Translations under genes and position numbers: made by a program
NCBI GenBank assembly: GCA_033764315.1
Contig: JANRJA010000139.1
Span: 1-12,204, forward strand
DNA from: Oculatellaceae cyanobacterium bins.114
GTDB taxonomy: Bacteria; Cyanobacteriota; Cyanobacteriia; Elainellales; Elainellaceae
Length of the DNA: 12,204 nucleotides
Direction of reading: 5' to 3'
Notes under the pieces: generated by a model
Database searches by the model: none
Seen by the model: the letters and a program-made list of their open reading frames with translations, nothing else
Told to the model about the DNA's origin: nothing
Shown: piece by piece, positions 7,526-12,204 of the stretch
How the letters are laid out: each line of letters starts with the position of its first letter
Numbering within the stretch: the stretch's first letter is position 1

Positions 7526-9016
7526 ATGCAAAATTCACGCTACTCTTTTGGTCAAAAACTGGTTCGCTATGGAACGATCGCCCTAACGGTGTTAGCCCTT
7601 GTGTTGCTTGGCTCTTGGTGGGCTCCGGTGTTAGCTAGTCCGGCACGCCACTACACAGAGTTGACCTTTCCGCCGCTGCCTGAGATTGAGTTGCCAGACT
7701 ACACTCGCTATGAAATGAACAATGGCATTGTGGTTTATCTGGTCGAAGACCACGAGTTGCCCTTGATTGGAGGCAGTGCTACGTTTCGCACAGGCGATCG
7801 CTTTGAGCCAGATGACAAGGTGGGTTTGGGTAGCATTATGGGTGAGGTGATGCGGAGTGGCGGAACGCTCAACCATCCCCCTGATCAGCTCAACCAAATT
7901 TTGGAGCAACGTGCCGCATCTGTTGAGACGGGGGTGAACACTGTCAGTGGCACGGCTAGTTTTAACGCTTTGAGTGAAAACTTAACTGAAGTTTTTGGGT
8001 TGTTTGCCGAGGTGATTCGTCAACCTGCCTTTCCGCAAGACAAGATCGATCTCTCTAAAACCCAGTTTCGAGGGTCGATCTCACGTCGCAATGATGACCC
8101 CGATGAAATCGCTGGACGAGAGTTTCAAAAACTCATCTATGGGGCATCCAGTCCCTATGCTCGCACGGTGGAATACACCACCTTAGACAACATCACCCGT
8201 GACGATTTGGTGCAGTTTTACCAAACCTACTTTCAACCCAACACGATGATCTTGGGTATTGTAGGAGACTTTGAGACTGAAACCATGCGATCGCTGATCG
8301 AAGAGCAATTTGGCGATTGGCAACCGACTCCAGCGACGGCTGATATGACGTTGCCTGGGGTTGCTCAGGCTCGACAGGGTGGTGTTTTCCTGGTCGATCA
8401 ACCGCAGTTAACTCAAAGCTATATTCAAATGGGGCATTTAGGGGGGCAGTTTGATAGCCCAGACTATGCTCCTCTGTCGGTGTTAAATGAAGTGATGAAC
8501 GGCTTCGGGGGGCGGTTGGTGAATGAGGTGCGATCGCGCCAGGGTCTTGCCTATGTTGTCTATTCTTATTGGAGTCCTCGGTTTGACTATCCCGGCATTT
8601 TCATTAGTGGTGGACAAACTCGCTCTGAAGCAACGGTGCCCTTTATTCAATCAGTGCTAGCTGAAATTGAAAAAGTCCGCACCAGTCCCATCACTTCGGA
8701 AGAACTGATGCGAGCTAAGGACTCTGTTCTCAATGCCTTTATCTTTAACTTTCAAACTCCATCGCAAGTGATTTCTCGCCTGATTCGGTATGAATATTTT
8801 GGCTATCCCTCCGATTTCATCTTTCGCTATCGCCGTGAGGTTGAAACTGCCACCACTGAAGGTGTTTTAAAGGCGGCTCAAACCTATTTGCAGCCTGATC
8901 AAGTGGTGACACTGGTGGTGGGGAATGCGGCTGCCATTAACCCACCTTTGAGCAGCCTTGGATCTGGAATTGAGGTCACTCCGATTGATATCACCATTCC
9001 GCAGCCCAGTCGTTAG
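7526..9016 (+). CDS. M16 family peptidase-like non-catalytic partner subunit (R/Y motif), probably exported
   Basis: YEMNNGIVVYLVEDHELPL M16 N-terminus. HXXEH is replaced by GLGSIMGEVMRSGG. C-terminal RLVNEVRSRQGLAYVVYS carries the R/Y pair (8531-8554). Signal-like N-terminus ...LALVLLGSWWAPVLA. ATG 7526 preferred over TTG 7520. Confidence 0.92.
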   Translation: MQNSRYSFGQKLVRYGTIALTVLALVLLGSWWAPVLASPARHYTELTFPPLPEIELPDYTRYEMNNGIVVYLVEDHELPLIGGSATFRTGDRFEPDDKVGLGSIMGEVMRSGGTLNHPPDQLNQILEQRAASVETGVNTVSGTASFNALSENLTEVFGLFAEVIRQPAFPQDKIDLSKTQFRGSISRRNDDPDEIAGREFQKLIYGASSPYARTVEYTTLDNITRDDLVQFYQTYFQPNTMILGIVGDFETETMRSLIEEQFGDWQPTPATADMTLPGVAQARQGGVFLVDQPQLTQSYIQMGHLGGQFDSPDYAPLSVLNEVMNGFGGRLVNEVRSRQGLAYVVYSYWSPRFDYPGIFISGGQTRSEATVPFIQSVLAEIEKVRTSPITSEELMRAKDSVLNAFIFNFQTPSQVISRLIRYEYFGYPSDFIFRYRREVETATTEGVLKAAQTYLQPDQVVTLVVGNAAAINPPLSSLGSGIEVTPIDITIPQPSR

Positions 9017-9130
9017 GTCTGATCACCACTCATCAAAGGTGCTCTTTGAGCCACTGTCACAAGCTCCAGACCATAATCCACAGTAGATTGAAACAGATTG
9101 TGTAACCCTGCGACTCCTGGTTCTAATACT

Positions 9131-9667
9131 ATGTCCTCTCAAGTGGTTGAAATTTTCTCGGCTGATGAACTGCGTCGAACCGTGACTCGATTGGCTTCCC
9201 AGGTTATAGAGCGGGCAGATGATATCTCTCAACTAGCATTGCTAGGCATCTACACACGAGGAGTGTTACTTGCTAACGTGTTGGCGCGACAGATCGAGAC
9301 ACTCGAACAAGTGCAAGTACCTGTAGGAGCGTTGGATATCACCTTCTATCGCGATGACTTAGATCAGATCACCGTACGCACTCCTGAAAAAACCGAGATT
9401 CCCTTTGATTTATCGGGCAAGATCGTTGTTCTTGTCGATGATGTGATTTACAAAGGACGCACCATTCGCGCTGCTCTTAACGCCATTAACGAATATGGGC
9501 GACCGGAGGCAATTTGGCTGGCGGTGCTGGTCGATCGCGGACATCGAGAAGTTCCTATTCATCCCGATTTTGTGGGCAAAAAATTACCCACTGCTAAAGA
9601 AGAAAAAGTCAAGGTTTATTTGCAAGAGTTAGATGGGCGAGATGGAGTGGAGTTAATTAAACGGTGA
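9131..9667 (+). CDS. pyrR: Bifunctional pyrimidine regulatory protein / uracil phosphoribosyltransferase PyrR
   Basis: 178 aa from ATG 9131 ([24 protein letters not shown]). Motifs [22 protein letters not shown]-binding [18 protein letters not shown], and [20 protein letters not shown]. Confidence 0.96.
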   Translation: MSSQVVEIFSADELRRTVTRLASQVIERADDISQLALLGIYTRGVLLANVLARQIETLEQVQVPVGALDITFYRDDLDQITVRTPEKTEIPFDLSGKIVVLVDDVIYKGRTIRAALNAINEYGRPEAIWLAVLVDRGHREVPIHPDFVGKKLPTAKEEKVKVYLQELDGRDGVELIKR

Positions 9668-9668
9668 G

Positions 9669-9720
9669 ATTGACCCTTGATCACGGAATGACTGACAATG
9701 AACCATTGACCCCTGATCAC
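9669..9720 (+). repeat. 16-bp direct repeat built from degenerate STRR2-like heptamers in reverse orientation
   Basis: ATTGACCCTTGATCAC (9669-9684) and ATTGACCCCTGATCAC (9705-9720), 15/16 identical, 36-bp period, with AATGAC/AATGAAC fragments between them. Confidence 0.6.
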
Positions 9721-9748
9721 TCTTTTGCCCTCAGCGATCGCCAACTCT

Positions 9749-10870
9749 GTGAACTTACCGATTCAGACTCCGACCAATCAAACCCTCACGCCTTCTAGCC
9801 TGCCCCCGTCTGACCAGACGATGCCCAGCCGTTCCCAGGATGGGGTCAGTGCCACTCAGTCTCGCAAGGCAGATCATCTGCGGGTTTGTCTTGAAGAAGA
9901 TGTACAGTTTCAGCAAACGACTGGGTTAGAGCGTTATCGGTTTACCCACTGTTGTTTACCCGAACTGGATCGTCGCGAGATTGACCTCTCGACCTCGTTT
10001 TTAGGAAAATCTCTGGCGGCACCGTTGCTCATCTCATCGATGACCGGAGGAACGGAGCTAGCGCGTGTGATTAACCGTCGATTAGCTGAGTTGGCACAAC
10101 ACTATCGGTTGGCAATGGGGGTGGGCTCACAGCGAGTCGCGATCGAAAACCCTGAGGTGCGATCGACCTTTGCAGTGCGGGCGATCGCACCTGACATAGT
10201 GCTCTTGGCTAATTTGGGAGCTGTGCAGCTTAACTATAGCTATGGGTTAGATGAATGTTTGCAAGTGGTAGATTGGCTCGAAGCTGATGCGTTGGTTCTG
10301 CATTTGAACCCGTTGCAGGAGTCTGTGCAAACCAAAGGTGACACCAACTTTAAGGGACTGCTGGCAAAAATCGCTGACCTTTGCAAAAAACTGCCGGTTC
10401 CGGTCATTGCTAAAGAAGTAGGCAATGGCATCTCAGCGGTCATGGCGCACAAATTAATCGAGGCTGGAGTGAGTGCTATTGATGTGGCTGGAGCAGGTGG
10501 CACCTCATGGGCACGAGTCGAAAGCGAACGGGCAAAAGACCCACAACAGCGACGTTTAGGAGCAACTTTTGCTGATTGGGGGTTGCCCACCGCCGACTGT
10601 ATTACGACCATTCGGGCGATCGCCCCCGACATTCCATTGATTGCCTCTGGGGGAATTCGTAATGGCTTAGAGGTCGCCAAGGCGATCGCCCTGGGTGCCG
10701 ATCTAGGAGGATTGGCTCTGCCATTTCTACAAGCGGCTGCCGAGTCTGAAGCTGCCCTATATGCGCTGAGCGACGCCCTCATCGCTGAAATTGCCACAGT
10801 TCTTTTTTGTACAGGCAGCGCAACTTTGCAAGATCTGCGACAACCCGGTGTGCTGCAACCGAGTCGCTGA
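9749..10870 (+). CDS. fni: Type 2 (FMN-dependent) isopentenyl-diphosphate delta-isomerase
   Basis: IDI-2 motifs [70 protein letters not shown]. Start uncertain: TTG 9725, GTG 9749 or ATG 9821, all in frame. Confidence 0.95.
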   Translation: MNLPIQTPTNQTLTPSSLPPSDQTMPSRSQDGVSATQSRKADHLRVCLEEDVQFQQTTGLERYRFTHCCLPELDRREIDLSTSFLGKSLAAPLLISSMTGGTELARVINRRLAELAQHYRLAMGVGSQRVAIENPEVRSTFAVRAIAPDIVLLANLGAVQLNYSYGLDECLQVVDWLEADALVLHLNPLQESVQTKGDTNFKGLLAKIADLCKKLPVPVIAKEVGNGISAVMAHKLIEAGVSAIDVAGAGGTSWARVESERAKDPQQRRLGATFADWGLPTADCITTIRAIAPDIPLIASGGIRNGLEVAKAIALGADLGGLALPFLQAAAESEAALYALSDALIAEIATVLFCTGSATLQDLRQPGVLQPSR

Positions 10871-10875
10871 GCTTC

Positions 10876-11523
10876 CTATTTCCCAGTCCGGTGAGCAATC
10901 ACTGCATAAAACGGGTCGCCTCCTGGCACACCCAGCATTTGCAAAAAGTTAGGCACATTAAAAGAACGAGCGATCGCCTCTGGCTGACTAAACCCTGGCA
11001 CCGAAGCAAAATAACGTTTGACCAACTCTACTCGGTCTGACTCCGAGGCATCTCGCCACGCTTGAATCGCCTTTTGAAAAAACATTCGGTTTGAGAAGCT
11101 GATGATGGCGACCCCGTCTGGCTTTAAAACCCGATAGATCTCCGCAAACACGGCTTCGGGGTACTGCAAATATTGCACTGAAACTGTGTTCAATACTGCA
11201 TCAAAAGATTGGTCAGGCAGGGGCAATTGCTGGTTTTGATTGAGATTCTGAACAAAGTAGTGATTGAGCCGAGTATTTTTTGCCAGCTCTTCAGGGTTCA
11301 GGCCATGCCCTTCTACATGCTCAAACTGCATCTCATCGGGCAAGTGAGACACCCAACTGCTCATCATGTCGAAGATCCGAGTCTTTGACTTGAGCCGTTC
11401 TCGATAGAGATTGGTCAGTTGTTGAATAAATCCCTCGTCTACATGGGTAACAAACCGAGGAAAGTTATAGAAGAGAGAATCGTCAGTGTCGTCAAGCTTG
11501 TCGCGCTGATTGGATTGCAACAT
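10876..11523 (-). CDS. Class I SAM-dependent methyltransferase (Methyltransf_11-like family conserved in cyanobacteria)
   Basis: 215 aa with KLDDTDDSLFYNFPRFVTHVD, IFDMMSSWVSHLP, GHGLNPEEL, LPLPDQSFDAVLNTVSVQYL, EIYRVLKPDG, FSNRMF and GGDPFYAV. Confidence 0.9.
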   Translation of the reverse strand: MLQSNQRDKLDDTDDSLFYNFPRFVTHVDEGFIQQLTNLYRERLKSKTRIFDMMSSWVSHLPDEMQFEHVEGHGLNPEELAKNTRLNHYFVQNLNQNQQLPLPDQSFDAVLNTVSVQYLQYPEAVFAEIYRVLKPDGVAIISFSNRMFFQKAIQAWRDASESDRVELVKRYFASVPGFSQPEAIARSFNVPNFLQMLGVPGGDPFYAVIAHRTGK

Positions 11524-11747
11524 AGCCAGTTAGCACCATAATCTACTCTTACTAGTTTACGAAAAATTGCTGAGTATTAAGAAGTTTTAAGATAACAATT
11601 TATCTATAGTTCAAGCTTCCTTCATAGACTTAAAGCTTTGGCAGAAGTGGTAGCCCTGTGTTTGAACAGAGCTACTAAAAAGACAAGTCTAGGAGGTGTC
11701 AACGGTTCTGGCTTGGGCATGGGTTGACCATAACGGTGCTTTTACTC

Positions 11748-11772
11748 CGTTCAGCCATTCGTTCAGCCATTC
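11748..11772 (+). repeat. Perfect 12-bp tandem duplication
   Basis: CGTTCAGCCATT twice (11748-11759, 11760-11771) plus C. Confidence 0.8.
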
Positions 11773-11793
11773 AACTTGATGCACTGTCGCTTT

Positions 11794-12204
11794 TTAAGGG
11801 GGCGAGATTGGCAAGATGATGGTAAACACGGTCTTGTTATTTTCACTAGTCACTTGAATGGTGGCTCCCAACCGTTCCACTAATTTCTTGACCAGTGCGA
11901 GTCCTAAACCCGTGCCTCCATGTCGCCACGGATCATGACTGGGAATGCGATAAAACCGTTCAAAAATGCGATCGCGCTCGTGCTCAGGAATCTCAACTCC
12001 TGAATTGCTGACTTGTATCCAAATGGTTGTATTAACTTCGGTGGGAGGGTTAACAAAGGCCGAAACGGTGATCGTCTCATGGCTGGCGGTGTATTTACAG
12101 GCGTTGTTGAGCAACTCGGCTAAGATGCGCTCTAGATAAGATGGATCAGCCTTGACCAGTGGCAAATCTTTTGCAATCTCGATCTCAAGTGTTTGTTGTT
12201 GTCT
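11794..12204 (-). CDS. Sensor histidine kinase, C-terminal HATPase_c domain (partial; gene starts beyond the right edge)
   Basis: The frame is open to the window end (RQQQTLEIEIAKDLPLVKADPSYLERILAELLNNACKYT). Motifs VSNSGVEIP, IFERFYRIP, GGTGLGLALVKKLVE. Stop TAA at 11794-11796. Confidence 0.92.
   Translation of the reverse strand, partial: RQQQTLEIEIAKDLPLVKADPSYLERILAELLNNACKYTASHETITVSAFVNPPTEVNTTIWIQVSNSGVEIPEHERDRIFERFYRIPSHDPWRHGGTGLGLALVKKLVERLGATIQVTSENNKTVFTIILPISPP

Larger units (their letters stand above)
1048..11975. repeat. Dispersed HIP1 octamer GCGATCGC (about 23 copies), a cyanobacterial genome signature
   Basis: Copies counted by eye at about 1048, 1294, 2437, 3158, 3588, 3758, 4043, 4349, 4520, 4723, 4751, 5073, 5726, 6834, 7794, 8287, 8530, 9734, 10181, 10616, 10682, 10970 and 11968. 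Fewer than one is expected by chance in 12 kb. Confidence 0.92.

Noticed and set aside
3227..8401. Other short ORFs overlapping the TPR and M16 genes (e.g. 3227-3484, 3400-3624, 3582-3809, 3887-4072, 4362-4556, 5280-5645, 5431-5640, 5939-6163, 6434-6625, 6761-6958, 7631-7909, 8183-8401)
   Set aside because: Antisense or alternative-frame overlaps of well-supported genes or their promoter region, with no motifs.
9017..9130. PyrR-binding attenuator upstream of pyrR
   Set aside because: Only a weak 6-bp hairpin TCAAAG-GTGCT-CTTTGA (9033-9049) is present, with no PyrR binding-loop consensus and no U-tract terminator.
10240..10797. 185-aa antisense ORF within fni
   Set aside because: Shadow ORF on the opposite strand of a highly conserved gene, with Ala/Ser/Pro-rich composition typical of antisense frames.
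11622..11780. Strong SD-like AGGAGGTG at 11691 (+) and a 32-codon minus-strand ORF starting at 11720
   Set aside because: No suitably spaced start codon follows the SD-like sequence, and the small minus-strand ORF has no RBS or recognisable features.
11794..12165. Stand-alone 123-aa HATPase protein as given in the ORF track
   Set aside because: The frame stays open to the window edge, so this is the truncated view of a longer kinase, not a separate small gene or pseudogene.

Overview
Cyanobacterial chromosomal window: about 23 HIP1 GCGATCGC octamers counted by eye, plus STRR-type heptamer repeats. Gene order: membrane-bound hybrid histidine kinase with a CHASE4-like sensor (+); a mosaic intergenic region of nested REP/MITE-like repeats; a secreted 768-aa TPR-like alpha-solenoid protein (-); divergently, a pair of exported M16 metallopeptidase subunits (catalytic HXXEH subunit, then non-catalytic R/Y subunit) separated by a composite repeat array; pyrR; type-2 isopentenyl-diphosphate isomerase (fni); a convergent class I SAM methyltransferase (-); and the C-terminal HATPase end of a second histidine kinase (-) running off the window. 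Most content is conserved housekeeping or signalling, and I see no CRISPR, transposase or defence system. The best leads are (i) the TPR solenoid, whose predicted mature form has only two cysteines, one at each end (possible disulfide-closed ring), sitting head-to-head with the exported protease pair, (ii) the two repeat mosaics, and (iii) a triple-palindrome/NtcA-like site upstream of the kinase. All functional ideas are inferences; no searches or folding were run.
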